Shown one piece after another: positions 11,674 through 25,342 of a DNA stretch of 64,000 bases. The first letter of the stretch is position 1. Every line of letters begins with the position of its first letter. Both the position numbers and the translations under genes were made by a program. Origin of the DNA: Microbotryum violaceum (Eukaryota); assembly GCA_001244265.2 (NCBI GenBank), contig CDLV01000012.1:1302001-1366000 (forward strand). The letters run 5' to 3'. Below the pieces are notes generated by a model that had not been told where the DNA came from, did no database searches, and worked only from the letters and a program-made list of their open reading frames with translations.

Positions 11674-14335
11674 ATGCAAGACCCGTCCGGTTTCACTGCC
11701 CCACCACTTCCTTCCGCCTTCCCCACCCTCACTGCTTCCTCCTCCCCCTCTCGAGGCTCGACCACGGTCGGTGGTGCTCGCAGCGAGCTCTCTTTGGGCA
11801 CCTTCTTCAACCCTTCCCATTCTCTCCCTCGTCAATCGCCGAGGTCGTCTTCTTCGAGAGGTACGACGCCTTCGTTGATGATGATCGGTCAGAAACGACC
11901 CGGTCCGACCGTATCGGTTGCGGAGGACGTCGGCTCCGTCATGGACTTGTCGAGCAATGAGGATGAGGAAGGAGAGGTGGAGGAGGAGGAAGAGGAGGAC
12001 GGGGAAGGGGAAGGGGAAGGGGAGGAGGAGGAGTTTCAGATGGAGGACGACGACGTCGATTCTCCTCTTTCCGTAGCGACGACTTCCACAACGCGCATTC
12101 ATGGTCAAGCCTATCATCGTCATCAAGGCATTTCACCCTCAGCTACGGCAACCTCAGATCACAAGACCCGGTCCAAGCTTACAGCCAAAGCTGGGAGATT
12201 GTTGAGCAGCAAGGCCAAAGGCAAAGGCAAGGCCTCGTCCCAAAATAACGACGAGACGAACCGAGCCGCCGCGTCTTGCCTTTTGGCTGCCGAAGGCGTG
12301 ACGACGACGAATGCGATCAGAAAGAAAAAGATGGGCATGCCGAGGAAGAATGGGAATGATAAGAAGAAGAAGGCGGGAAGGGCTTGCGCGCCGTGTCAGA
12401 AGGCCCATTTGACGTGCGATGATGGTCAGTCCCAGCTTTGGTCAGGAGGGTTCTCACAGTGATGCATCCATATTGATCTGGACGGTGGTTTTTTTTGTTC
12501 AGCTCGACCCTGCGCTCGATGTGTCAAGAAAAATCGAGCGAGCGAATGCCACGACGGCACGAGGAAAAAGGCAAAATACCTCCAGGAGGTGCCCGATGAG
12601 CGTGAGTGATACCTGTACAGTCGGGCAATTACTTGGGTGGGCAATCGGCTTATATCTGCTTCAACCCCTTTCCAGTCCTCGAACGAAAACAATCGAATCC
12701 GTTTCTCCAGGCTTCGGGGTCGCATTCGGGGCATGAACCCATGCTCTCGGGCGGAGAAGACGGCACGCCATTGTCCGGAATTGCAGGCGGTGGGTTACTC
12801 CATCCATAGGTCTACTCATCGCAGAGGGTTGATATCACTCCACCCGTTCATCCCATTCAGACTCGCCCGAAATGCTGATGCGAGGAACTTCTCAAGCGCA
12901 ACCCGACCCACCCCAGCCGACTTTAAGCTTCGACCCTCTCCCCTTCTACGACGCCTCGGCGTTTGCGAACGAGTTCGGTTCCGAAGCCGCGAACCTCGAA
13001 TACGCTATCTTGAGCACTATGTTGAACGGCAACGGCTTCTCGATCGATGGAAGCAACTTCAACCCCGGGGCTGCGGACGCTGGTGGGAGTGGGGGTGGGG
13101 GTGAGGTTCAAGGCATGAGAGGACAGGATGGAAGTGTGTCAGGTGCTCAGTCCATCTTGTTGCAGTCGCCTTTGGATCAGAGTGTGCATGGTGCCCCACC
13201 TGGGACGAATGGACAAGCGTCGACGTCGATGAATATAGGGGAAGAGACGCCGGTTACGTCCTTCTTTGGTGGTTATCGGACCGATACGACGGGCGGACCA
13301 CAACATTTGGCTTCACCGACGATGAACCCTAACGTCATGTCGCCGCCAAGGCTACAAGATACGGCGAGGGATCTATTCCCCAGTGTTGGGGTTGAAGTCG
13401 AAAGGAGGACGTCGAGCTCGAATGATGTCAATACGAGTGGGTTTGGGGGTGGGAATCTACTTTTCGCCAGTCAAGGGGTCGTCAGTGAACCGAATACGAC
13501 GGCGGCGGCGAGTACGACGACAAGTGGAGGTCCCACGGCCTCAACCTCGGCTGCACCTGTGGATGCTGGTGGCCCCTCCGCTCGACCCAGCGTGATGACG
13601 ATGACCGGTGAACAGGCCTATCGAGCCGTGACCAAACCGTACCCGTACGCTCAATCGTACCACTACCTCGTCAAGCACCTCAAACATCGTTTTGAGAAGA
13701 ACGACATCCTACGCATCGTCCGCGCCTTGGCTACCTTCCGACCGAGCTTGATCGCCTTACAAATGCCTCTGACGGAAGAGGACGAAACGTTCGTCGAGAG
13801 AACGTTCCAACGGACTTTGGTTGAATTGAACAAATTGATCAGTTTCAGTGGAACGCCGACGGTCGTTTGGAGGAGGACGGGGGAGATCTGCTTGGTCGGG
13901 ACCGAGTTTGGACTGTTGACGGGGTGGCAGAGGAACGAGTTGGTTGGAAACAAGTTCATTTTCGAGGTGGGTGAGACAGGGCGTGGATGCGTAAACTGGG
14001 GGCTCGGCAAGTTCGCTGATCCTCCCCTTCTTCCTGGTCTGCTCTCCTTTCCACAGTTGATGGACCCGTCCTCGGTTGTTGAATACTATGAATCATTCGC
14101 CAAGCACGCGTTTGAGTCGACCAGTTTGTCGGTCGAGATGCAGTGCGTTGTTCTAGGGCCCAAAGGTCGCCCCGTGCCTTGTGCAATGTGTTTTACTATT
14201 CGAAGGTCAGCCAAGGAGTATTTAATCTGTCGCGGGCAAATGACTTATTCGAAGTGATTCTACTTCGTGTCGAGCAGGGATCTCTTTTCGTGCCCTTTTC
14301 TGATCGTCGGGTCATTCTTGCCAATTCTGGTTTGA
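11674..14335 (+). CDS. ERT1: Zn(II)2Cys6 transcription factor with C-terminal PAS-like domain (ERT1/AcuK family, gluconeogenesis regulator)
   Basis: [25 protein letters not shown]...[12 protein letters not shown] and [28 protein letters not shown]. Last exon [18 protein letters not shown]. Confidence 0.85.
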
Positions 14336-14699
14336 GACCGGATTTGGTTTGTCTATATGGTTTTCGCTGAAGAAGGGTGAAGGGTACAAAAGCTGAGAGC
14401 TCATCTGTTGTAATGCATATTGTTCCTGTTTGAGCAACTCTTTCGGCCGAGTGGTTCCCTCGGTGGTGGTCAGCCAGTCGAGTCATTTCGCATTAGGACT
14501 GGTCATTACCCCATCTGAACTTGCACCGCCACGCCTTCTTTCAGCGCTCGCCTCGTCTGGTCTGGTCTCCTTCCCGCACGCGTGTCGCGTTCCCGTTCCT
14601 GCAGCTGCTCAGCCTCAACTCGACAACATTCAAATCCACACCACACAGCCTCACACCAAGCCCTCAAACGAACGAACGGACCCGCAAAAATTGGCGTCG

Positions 14700-15972
14700 A
14701 TGGAACCCCAAGCGCTTATAAACCGATTACCGGATGCGATCCAACAATTCAGAGTGAATCCAGAGTCAAACACCGGGGGGTTTCGTCGCTTCTTATTCGC
14801 GATGGCGGCGTGGCGGCGGTTGGCGCCGTGTGGACGTGACGTGGTCGTGGCTGGACGGGACGTGCCGCAGTCGCGCGCAAAGTGGCTTGGCGGGCAGAAA
14901 GCAGAGAGGACGACGCGCATTGGCGCTGGGTCAACACACAGGAGTCGCGCTGGATGATGAGGAGCAATGTTGACTGATCCATCGGACCTCTGCTTCTCGT
15001 GTAGCAGGAGCGACTCTCGATGCTGCGCCCGCCGCAAGAGGTGAGCCCGATCGACGCGCCTCGTCGAGTGATCGACTCATTCTACGTTGCCCCGTAAAAC
15101 TGATCGGCCGTCATGTGATTTCTACCCTGCACAGTTCTTTGACATCTCGCGCGTGAACCGACCAGCGGATATGGGTGTCGCGTCGCAGAGGATTTCGTAC
15201 AACACCAAACACTTTTCGTACGTTGTGCGAGTCGGGGGACAGCGTCGTTTGGAGAAGCTCCACTTTGGGTGGCTGAATTGCGTTTGGGACTCTTTCACTA
15301 CTAGGGGCAACTACATCGTCCTGATCCTCTTGTTGGCCATCTACTCGCTCTTGACCAACCCGTTGCTCTTGATCGCCATCGGGTTCCTCGCCGGAGTAAG
15401 GTTCTCTTCCCCCCAGTATGACTTCGGGGGCAAGGATCCAGAACTGATCAATCGTTTTTCTGCTGTCCAGGGCTTCATTGGCATCACACGATTCATTACC
15501 GAACCTGTCGAGATCGCAGGCACGGTCATCACCCCGAAAACGTGCTACAGTCAGTCTTCCCCTCCGGCAGGCCCAGTTTCATAGCTATGCACTCGATATG
15601 CTGCGCTGGGGTATTGACTTTCTCGTTTCTTTGTTCCGCATCACCAATAGCTGCTCTTTTGATCATTGGCATCCCTATCGTACGCCCATCAGGAGCCAAC
15701 CCGTACCTGTCCAGTTCCCAGATCAGAAACTGATCCCTTTTCTCTACCTTTTTCTCAAAACAGCTCTGGATCGCCGCCCCGATCGCTACAGCAAGTCCAT
15801 TCACATGTCACCCCCCAATCATCAAGAGATGGATGAATTCTAGTCTAACTTCGTATTCACGTCCCTACAGTTCTTCTGGCTCGTCGGTTCGAGTTCGGTT
15901 TTGATCCTCGCCCACGCCGCGATCATGGAACCGGGCGTCGAGAGTGAGTATGGGTCGGTGCAGACCGTGTAA
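14700..15972 (+). CDS. YIP3: Prenylated Rab acceptor PRA1-family protein (many short exons)
   Basis: LRPPQE|FFDISRVNRP...RISYNTKHFS|GNYIVLILLLAIYSLLTNPLLL...FFWLVGSSSVLILAHAAIMEPGVESEYGSVQTV*. Confidence 0.9.
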
Positions 15973-16222
15973 GAGGTGAAACATATCGTGGATTGGAGCG
16001 GAGGGGGTTTGGATTGGGGGAGGGGGTCAAGAGCCTAGGAGGAAGTGATTTGGTTTTGCAGATGGGCGCGGGGAATGTGTCGTGGTAGTGAGGGAGGCTG
16101 TTTTGAGGTTTCCAGTGTCTCTCGACTATTGTAATCGTTCTTAGTCATTTTCTCGATGTTACCACATCTCTCCTTTGGCCCGAACCGTTTCCGAGCAAGG
16201 CACCGCTCGAACTTCCAACACC

Positions 16223-18114
16223 CTAAAAACTACTAGCGAACCTAAGCCTCACTTCCTTATCCTCCTTCACCTCCTCGACCAGCCTTTCCCACCCGTCCAA
16301 AGCCTCCTTCGCGCCATTCCTAATAAAGTGCCCCTGCACAGCCGCCATCGAAACCCTTGTACCGTTCTCCACATCCCTTTCGACCTTTTTCATCAATACC
16401 TCTTTCCATTCGCTCAAGGTCCCCTCCTCAACGCCTTCCGAGTCTTCAGAAGATTTCGAATAGAACCTTTGATACAATTCACCGACTTGCCAACTCGTCG
16501 CGTCCGAAACGTAAATCTTTAAATCGACTCGACCAGGTCTAATCAAAGCCGGATCGAGGCGATCGATATGATTGGTGGTGAGGAAGAGGATCCTTTGACT
16601 TGTTGAACTGGCTACGCCGTCCAAGGCGTTCAAGAGGCCTGAAAAAGTAACGTTCGCGTTGAAACCTTGTTCTGTAGAACGCGTACGAGCGTTCGCTTCC
16701 CCCGTCATCGAAGTCGCGGTCGGAAAGGAGAAAGCGGCGTCGATATCCTCCAAGAGGACCAGACTTCGTTCGGGAGCGTTGGCGAGGAGGTGGTTCAACT
16801 TGTCGTCTGTTAGACCGCGCTCGGAGAGGTTGAGGACGCAGATGTTGTATTCGAGGGATCCGGCGAGGGCTTGGATGAAGGAAGATTTGCCGGAGCCTGG
16901 AGGGCCGTGGAGGAGGTAGCCTCGACGATAGGGGATGCCTTTACTTCGATCAGGGGTGAGAGTCAGTGTCGTGAGATCAGAATCGATCCGCGCCCTTTGT
17001 GTAGACTTACCTCGTTGGAAATACCAACTTCCTCTCTTCATGAACGCCTCCACATCCCCAACGATCCCCTCCTTCACCCCCTTATCCAACACCACGCTCT
17101 CCAACGCCCTTCTCATCCTCGGCCTTCCAAAAGGTCTCCATTCCGTACCCCAAGCCGTGTAAATCACCGTTCTCCCCAATTGGGCCGATTGGGCCAATGA
17201 TCGCGCTTCAGTGAGGAGGGAGGAGAATAGTTGGCGGTCTCGGGAGAGGGTCGTGAGGGTGACGGTTTCCCATGGGGCGCCAGAGTTCAGGTCGAGCATG
17301 TTGGTCGCTCGTTCGCGTTTGACCTGAGAGGAATGCATCAGTATCAGTTCTGGACATGACCCCACATATCTGAGTTTTATACTCTCGCTCACCTGGAACC
17401 ACGCCTTGTGATACCTAAAATAATGTGTACCCGGACCTGGGACCAACGAAAATTCCGCTGAGGAACTCCCATCTCCCCTCTGTTCATACTTGGTCTCGAC
17501 CGCCAATTCATGGCTCTTCAACCGCGATGCTAAACCATCCAAATCCCACCCTATACGACGGAGGGGTTTTTGGGATAAGGAGGCTTGTTTGGCCGCTTGT
17601 TGGGACATCCATTGAAGGAACCAGAGGTAGGAGGCGTCTTTGGAGGAAATTTCGAGCGAGACAAGTAGACGACGTTGGGCGAGGGTCCCGATTTGCACGG
17701 CCGAACGTCGGAGGAATGTCAGACCTACACCGACGGCCTGAGGGTGGAGGAAAAGGTAGGGATAAGCTTTCTTGAGCTCGAGGCATCGTTTGAGGACTGA
17801 CCATCAATCCGAAACCGGCGCTAAAGATGGGACTGTAGGCGGAACGAGGATGAGCTAATCAGCCCAAAAAAAACCGCCATATCGTGATCACACTAGGATT
17901 GATTCACCTACTTTGAATCCAACCTGCTCGCGATCCAACCCTTGTTTGCCGAGCTTGCAGCGATCGAGTCCATTCCTCCCGATGCCGTCGAGACGGTCCC
18001 ATTGCTCGATGACGGTGTAGATGGTACTGCGTGGGATGGATTTGTCGCAGACGAGGTCAAGATGGATTCGAGCTCAAAGGGGAGCTTCCCACTTGAGGTT
18101 GGAGAGGAGCTCAT
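16223..18114 (-). CDS. BCS1: Mitochondrial AAA chaperone BCS1 (multi-exon)
   Basis: PIFSAGFGL exon, LVPGPGTHYFRY, AWGTEWRPFG, GIPYRRGYLLHGPPGSGKSS, LLEDID, LDPALIRPGRVD. Confidence 0.95.
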
Positions 18115-18299
18115 TTCGAGTTTGTCCAAGTCGAAGGAGAGAAGCGGAGGTCGACGAGCGGCGCACCACTGCGAAGCCGATCGGCGTATCGGCGATCGCT
18201 AGCAAGAGGTCCGAGCTCAACTATGACACACCAGATCGGAAGAACCTAATACTTGCGGGATTACACGGGATAATACACTAGCCTACATATACGCCATGT

Positions 18300-19260
18300 C
18301 TACTGCATCCCGTGCTGTATCCTCGCCAGCAACTGCTCCACCCTGCCGCCCAACTTGGGTTGCCCATTCCTCCCCCGCTGATTCCACTTCTTCTTCTCTT
18401 CCTCTTTCTTCTTTCTGATCGCCTGGATCTCATCTTCGTTCAATCGCGGGCGCTTCTTCTTTTCCTCTTCCTTTGGCGGCAACGCAAAGAACGGGAGTGG
18501 TCGTGCAGGTTTCGTCGGTGTGGGTGCGGTAGGAGGAGCGGACGTCGACGCCGAAGATTCTGCTCCTCTGCCTCTTCCCTTCGCTTGAGCTTCCCTCCCC
18601 CTCTGAAACCGCTTTCCTTGCCCAATCTCAACAACCGGTGCGTTCAACCTATCCTCTTCCTCCTTTCTCAACTCTTCCTTTCTCAACTCACTCATCGGTG
18701 CACCCCAAACCCTAGCCTGAGGAACCCCCATGCCACTCCCTCTGCCTCTCCCCTCCTCTGCCTCGTCCGAATTCACTCCCTCGTCCTCCCCTTCCTCGTC
18801 CGCATCAATTCCCAGATCATCCTTCAATCTCTTCCTCATTTCGTTCCTCTTCCTCTCCTTCTCGGCCAAACTTTCGATGCCTTCCTGATCGTCGGGAGTG
18901 GCTTGTTGGGGTGGGGGAGGTAAGCTCGCCGAGTTGCTCCCCGATGCATAGCCTGCTTGAGCGAGATCCTTGGCGTAGGATTTCTTTACTTTGGCTTTAT
19001 GGATCAAAGTTTGTTTGATCTTTTGTGCTATAAAACCCACAACCCGAGAAGAAGAACTCGTCGATCAGCTTCTCTCATTCACCCTCCAGTTTGCCCGTTC
19101 TGTGAATTGTGTTCGACTGACCATGTCCTTGATAAACCCCTTTACCCAACTTGGGACCAATCTTGAACCCTCCTTTTTTGTTTCGACCGCCTTGTCCATT
19201 TCCACCTCGATGGGGTTTCTTGTCGTCGGTCGGTTTGGAGCGAGGTTTGTGGCCTGCCAT
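18300..19260 (-). CDS. rRNA-processing protein, FYV7-like (two exons)
   Basis: GGFKIGPKLGKGVYQGH|AQKIKQTLIHKAKVKKSYAK and C-terminal GQPKLGGRVEQLLARIQ, typical of the Fyv7 family. Confidence 0.75.
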
Positions 19261-19485
19261 GATGGGGGGGAGGGGAAAGAGGTGCCGATTGGGTGGCCGG
19301 CAATAGAATAGCTTGTACGAGATAGTTCCTGGAACAAGCACAATTTGAGCTCTGCCTCGACTTGTGTGGGTGTTTCTGGTCGGTCAACGCTGGCGGGGCC
19401 GGGAAGGAAGAGGGAAGGGCAAGAGCCAACACTGCGTAATTAGCCGCGACCAAGTCAGTCCGAGCTGCGAAGTGCGGAGGACGGG

Positions 19486-21555
19486 AGGACCCCCGAAAGC
19501 CCAGCCGGAGGCGCTTTTTTTTTTTTTTTTGACATTTTGAGGACCCAAAATCCTGAAAACCGTCGAGGCGCATTGCAAAAAATTGACATTTTGGGACGAA
19601 ACACGCGTTTCGCCCCCGAGGCGCATGTCCAGATTTTGACATTTTCCCGTGAGTCGGCCCAATTTTGGCCTACCCTGAGCAACCTTCGGCATGAGTTTGG
19701 GCCCGTTCGCCTTCGCTTCGAGACGCGTTTCGCGATGCTCGCGCTTGAACAAGTCACTTAGTACTAGCTATCTTCGGTAATCACTTGAGTTAAGTGGCTG
19801 TGAGGGATTAGGCCGATTCGATATTGAAGGGGCGCAGGTTCTGTTCCGCTTCACTTCGGTCCGAGATTGGAGCATAGCACGACAACATCATCCCATGCAG
19901 GCCTTGAACGATGCCTTCGATTGATCATTGCCACTCACCAACATGAACATGACGATCGCCGAGCTCCTCGCCTTCGATGTCGCTCCCGCCGACGCGTCTC
20001 TTCACATCGAGTTGTCCAAAGACGAGCACACCCAGTACTCGACCTTATCATCTACTCGATGCCGTTGAGAAGGCAAACAGCTTCTCACGACCAATCGTGC
20101 GTCTACCAAGCTCAACTATCGAAATTTTGGTCTAAGCTCACGCGTGTTCGGTTCTACACAGCCCACACACTTGAAAGTTCCGCCTCAAGTTGTCGATGCT
20201 CGCGATACCAATTTCTCGCTGAACTGGCCAACCTGAATGCCCATCAAGCTGCTCATAAGCGTAGCCACCTGAAGCTGTTCTACTCAAGGGAGGCCGATGA
20301 AATCGAGCGACCCAACTCGCGGAGAGGCAGGCGTAGGGGTTAGCAATACAGAGGAAGGACGCAGTGCAGCACATTCATGCGTTACAAAAGGGTTGGTACA
20401 GTCCATGGGACCATCTCGCTGCGAAGACATGGCGGGCACGACAAGGAGCTTTCGCTGGACTAAAGGTGACCAGATGGACCGAGCGCTCACAACACACGAG
20501 GATCCAGAAGAATGTCTATACTGAGGATGGCCGCATTCAAGTGAGTTGTCGCTGAATTTAGGAGCGAAGGCAACTGGATCTAATGTTTGGAGAAACAAGC
20601 AGACGGAGCACTAGCACAACGCTATCCTCATTTTGGATCGCTTGACGGCGGAGCTGTAACCACTACCACAACATCGGAGATTGGATCTCTGGTCTGCTTT
20701 GGCCTCAAGCGTGGCATGCATTCAATCAGCTGCGATCAAACTGCCTATGGAGAAGAAGTGCTGTTCATTGGAATTGGTACGATGCCTTGAATGGCAGTTG
20801 AGCTGTGAAGTTCTCGTTTGACACAAGTCTTGTGTCCTACAGTGCGATACATCTACAGCAAAGTGACAACAAACCACTGCAACCAAGACACGCTCGCCTC
20901 GTTGGTTTTACTCTCAAATGTCGTCGTACAGGAGCTTCGCCTCCTCAAGAAAACATGCTATTCCACACACCTCATTGATGGCACTATGCCGTTCCGCATG
21001 ATTGATGGTCGACAGGTCATCGAGTCATTAGGCCCGTCAACGACTACATATCGTTCAACCACAGACCTTACCTCATGTTACCCGGACGAGCGCCTAATCA
21101 GCACGAGCGCACATGCCGAGCAAAGGTTTGCCGCCCTTCGGAGCGTGCCCGGCCTGCGAGATGCCGCCGGCAGAACCTCTACAAGTTGCACAAATGCCAC
21201 CGCGGAAACAAGGAGCTCAACTTCAGCAAAAAGGAAGTCTGACAACGAAGCAGCGAGCCAGCCAGCAAAGCAAGGAAGGCTTGTTTGAAGCGTGGAGCCA
21301 CGCGCAACACCAGCCGAAGCGACGCGCGCCGCAAGCCACTTTCGATAGGCCGCCGCTCGCCCGCAAACGCTCGGAACACGTTTTCGAGGACGTTTGAGCG
21401 ATTTTTGGAGCATGTAGAACACATTTTGATAATATTTCCGAGGCGCATGCGAAATTTTGACATTTTGGGGCCAAAATAGGGTAAAAAACTTTGACAAAAA
21501 GGCCAAAAAAGGGCGTTTTTCCGCATGCGCCTGTGGCTGGGCTTTCGGGGGTCCT
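19486..21555. mobile_element. Non-autonomous or decayed TIR DNA transposon with 8-bp TSD (hAT-like by TSD length only)
   Basis: Perfect 21-bp TIR AGGACCCCCGAAAGCCCAGCC (27 of 29 when extended). TSD AGGACGGG at 19478-19485 and 21556-21563. Repeated subterminal motifs and no intact transposase. Confidence 0.9.
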
Positions 21556-21754
21556 AGGACGGGCCGCGAGCTCGGCCAGCGTGATCGAGAGACGGCAAGT
21601 TCGTGATCGAGTTATCGAACCCAGCTCCGCGCTCGAGCTCAGCCTCCGTCCGATAACTGTCTCTCTCCATCATCTGCAACCAGAATCAGAAAGGTCCGAC
21701 TCGTCCAAACATCCTCACACCCTTCTCCGTCCCCAACTCCTTTCTCGCCCTGCT

Positions 21755-22737
21755 ATGCCCACCCCTTCTACTTCAACCGCACCCCCACTTCCACCTTCAC
21801 CTCCGAATCCACGTACCCTCCTTCTAACAGTCGGTTCCACCTCCTTCACGCCCCTCGTCACCTCCCTCCTATCCACCTCAGTACTCACTACCCTCTCGTC
21901 CCTCGGGATCGAATTCGTAGTAGCTCAAATAGGCAACTCGGACCTACCTACTTGTTCCAAACCGGGCTCCACGTCAACCGATGACGAAACTTGGGTCGTA
22001 GGTTCTAATCGATTGGTTGTGCAAGGTAGGGAACTGAAAGTGGAGGTGTTGAGGTTTTCGAATGATTTGGAGAGCAAGGTAGCGGGAAGTGATTGGGTGA
22101 TCGCTCATGCTGGTGAGTTTGTTGGGGAGGGCTTGGTGGGGGTGGGGGGAGGGCGGGGCGGGAGAAGACTGACATTGTTCATCTTTGTCGCTACTCGGTA
22201 AATCTCAGGCGCAGGTTCAATCCTCTCCTTCATTCGACCCGTGCCGACGATAAACACCAAAACGACAACAACGTGCCGCACAGAGACTGTTCATCGCAAA
22301 CTTTTCTTGATCCCCAATTCGACCCTCATGGATTCGCATCAGTCCGACTTGGCCGACGAGTTTGAGCGGTACGATTGGGTTGAGGTGATTAGAGAACCTG
22401 TGTGAGTTTGAATGGGTGTTGTGTGGAATTGGGGGGGAGGGGGGGGGGATTGCTTTGGAAGATTGTCCGCGGCGGCATCGAGGGGGAATCTAGGAAGCGC
22501 AAATTCTGGCAAAAGTTCTTTTGCGATCCCTTCATATTGATCATCAATTTGCTTCTTCATTCACAAAGGAAACTCAATACCGTCTTCAAGGAATACCTCA
22601 ACGCATCCTCCCAAACCAGCAAAAACGCCTCAACAACAACAACTACCACAAAATCGATATCAACATCAACCTCGATCCCACCTTTCGACCCCTTCAAGAT
22701 CCGCACAATCTTGGACCAAGTCGCTGGCTACGTCTAA
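21755..22737 (+). CDS. ALG13: UDP-GlcNAc transferase subunit ALG13 (three exons)
   Basis: LLLTVGSTSF, VIAHA|GAGSIL, LIPNSTLMDSHQSDLA. Confidence 0.88.
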
Positions 22738-23030
22738 CCACTTTTTGGCGATCCAGGGTCCTTCCCCCCATCATTTCAGTAATGTAGTGCAATCGTTCTC
22801 AACTGGAAGGTTCTACCCAAAGATAAGATTTCACGAAGGACAGATTCGGGAAAGTTGAGGTTGAGCGAAGCAGTTGGGAAAACGAAAGATTTGTATCGTG
22901 TATGTACGGTATTTCTACAGAAAGGACTGCTTACTAAAACTAATCAAAGAAAAGGAGGAAACAAAGGACTGAAAAAGAAGGAAACTAAGGACTGGGGATG
23001 CAAGCGAAGGAAAATTTAGACACTAAACAA

Positions 23031-23054
23031 GAGAGAGAGAGAGAGAGAGAGAGA
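23031..23054. repeat. (GA)12 microsatellite
   Basis: Read directly from the sequence. Confidence 0.95.
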
Positions 23055-23086
23055 TGAAACGAAGGTAGCTGCCAGAGTTCGCTTGA

Positions 23087-25342
23087 TCAAACACTCGTTG
23101 TCGGTTCAGAAGGTAAGAGCACCGCCGTACCACCTGGAGTGGTAGGGAACATTGGACTGGTTGGCGTGGTGGCACTCAACAAGACGAGAGGTTCTAGACC
23201 GTGCGCTGGGGAGGGTTTCGGCATGGTGGGAGCGCATTCGATGCGGAGGGATAAACCGTTGGGTGGGGACGTCGACGATGCGGCTGGTCGTGTCTCGATG
23301 GTTTCATCGCTGGCAAATTCGAATTCGGGTTCGAGTTGAGCGATCCTTGGACTCGTCATGGGCGTGTTTTCAGATACGGTTCGATCCCCTGGCGCGGTAG
23401 AAGCCTCACCCCGGTGCAGTATCGTCTCGTCCTCTTCCTCTTCTAAATCGTTGTACGGCACGACCGCACCTGTGCCTCGGACCACGACGGTCGGATCATC
23501 GCTCATCCTCGCTGCCGCTGCAAGACCGACTCCAGGTCCAGGTCGAACCGTCATTGTCGAAGCGCCCGTTCCAGATCTCGAAATTTCAGCTCCTTCATCT
23601 CGGTCGTCCCCGTCCCCGACCTCGTCATGAACTTCTTCATCCTCCTCGTCCTCGTCCCCACTTTGCGTATGCACCATCGATAAAGGACTGGACGAGATGT
23701 GACTCGAAACGGAAGCGCTTCTTGACCTCCTCGTCATCCCCGCCAGCGGGTAAGTCGGAGCACTCAGCGACCCATTGTTCATCGTCGTCGTCATCGTCAT
23801 CGCGTTGGGGGAAGGTGTCCGACTCCACGACGACGACACCGAGAGCGGAGGTGAATCTTCGAATGGTGGGGGTGGGGACAACGCCCCTCCGATGTTTTCT
23901 GGATCATCATCAATTGAAGGAGCGGATTCAGCGCCTCTTCCGTAGCCGTAGGCGCCGAGAGCTTCACGACTTGAGATGAAGGCGATTTGGGAAGCCGTTG
24001 GGCCCGATTTGGGAAAGACGAAGGACGAGGAAACCAAGGTGTGTTGTAGAGGAGCCGAGATGGAGAGGGTTGAGCGGATAGAGGTCGTTGAGCCAGAGGC
24101 GGCACGCGTAGATGGGGGAGAAGAGGAGAATCCGGGTCCCTGGCCGTATGGGGATCGACCGACGGAAATGGAGCTGTTGCCCCGAGGGGTGCCGGAAAGG
24201 TTCGACGAGCTAGCGTTACGACCCCGGAACAAGGATCGTAGCGTCGAGGATCGTGCCCGTGTCGAGACGGGGGAGGTCGAGAAGGGGGAGTGCGGCGAGT
24301 TGAGCAGGGGTGTGGCGCTGGGAGACGATTGGGTCGAACGGTGCACGATCGGTCGAGCCGAGGTCGAGGCGACAGCGCCGGGCAGAGGAGGCGGTGCTGG
24401 CCCCCTCATCAGATCGCTCGTCGAGACCGAGGCCGAGCCCCATGTAGAAACATACTCGAGCGGCGACCCGAACCCCGGCTCGAATAAGGACAAGGTGATG
24501 GAAGGTGCATCACTACCTGATCGAGTACGTCCGCCGACCAAAGGAACGGTGAAGACGCTCGAGGCCATCGACCTCGATCCGGCGGTGAGCGGTGCCCCAC
24601 CCGCGTCCAAGTCGCCGACTCGCTCGGAATCGTCGTCGGTGTCGAGACCCCTCTGATCGTTGTCCGAGGCGCCGTCGTCGTTGAGGTCGACGCGCGATAC
24701 ATCCGCTCCTTTGAACAGGGACATCTCATCGTCGCCTGGTGAGGCCGAGTAGAGTGGCAGTCCGACAGGACTGGACGCCCGTCTTCTTCTTCGTCGTCTC
24801 CTCCTCGGCGCCGGCTGGACAGCAGCAGCAATGACCCCATTCGCGGAGGTCGTGGCGGAGGAGGTAGCGTGATCTCCAGTTCGCGTAGATCTATTCCCTG
24901 CTCGATGTGGTGTAGACGACACGACAGTCCTCGGCGTGTCCTGCGGGAACCCTTGGTTGTGGCTGCTGTTGTGCGCTCGTCGACGATGACCCGACGACGG
25001 CGCCGGTGTAGCGGCTCCCGCGGCTGTTGCTGCTGCTGATGTGGATGCTGAGGCCGGCCCTGACGCCAGCTGCGAATTCCCATCCCTTGTGGTGGACCCA
25101 GTACCGAAAGAAGAGGACTGCAGCATACATGAAACGTCCAATAATTCAGTCACGAGTCCCCGCGTACACACGCTGTTGTACCCTCCTAGCCCCGGTTGAT
25201 CGCAGGCTCGCCTCGGCCTTTACCCTCCCACCTCCCCCCCCCTCCGACAAATGGCCACGACACCCGGAGAGAGCGTAATCGAACGCCTGCCACTTGAACT
25301 GACCTTGGTGAACCAAGTCTTCAACCTCGTACTGAATGACAT
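23087..25342 (-). CDS. Hypothetical Ser/Pro-rich low-complexity protein
   Basis: 694-codon ORF. First exon MSFSTRLKTWFTK joins in phase via a GTCAGT...CTGCAG intron. No recognisable domain. Confidence 0.75.
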
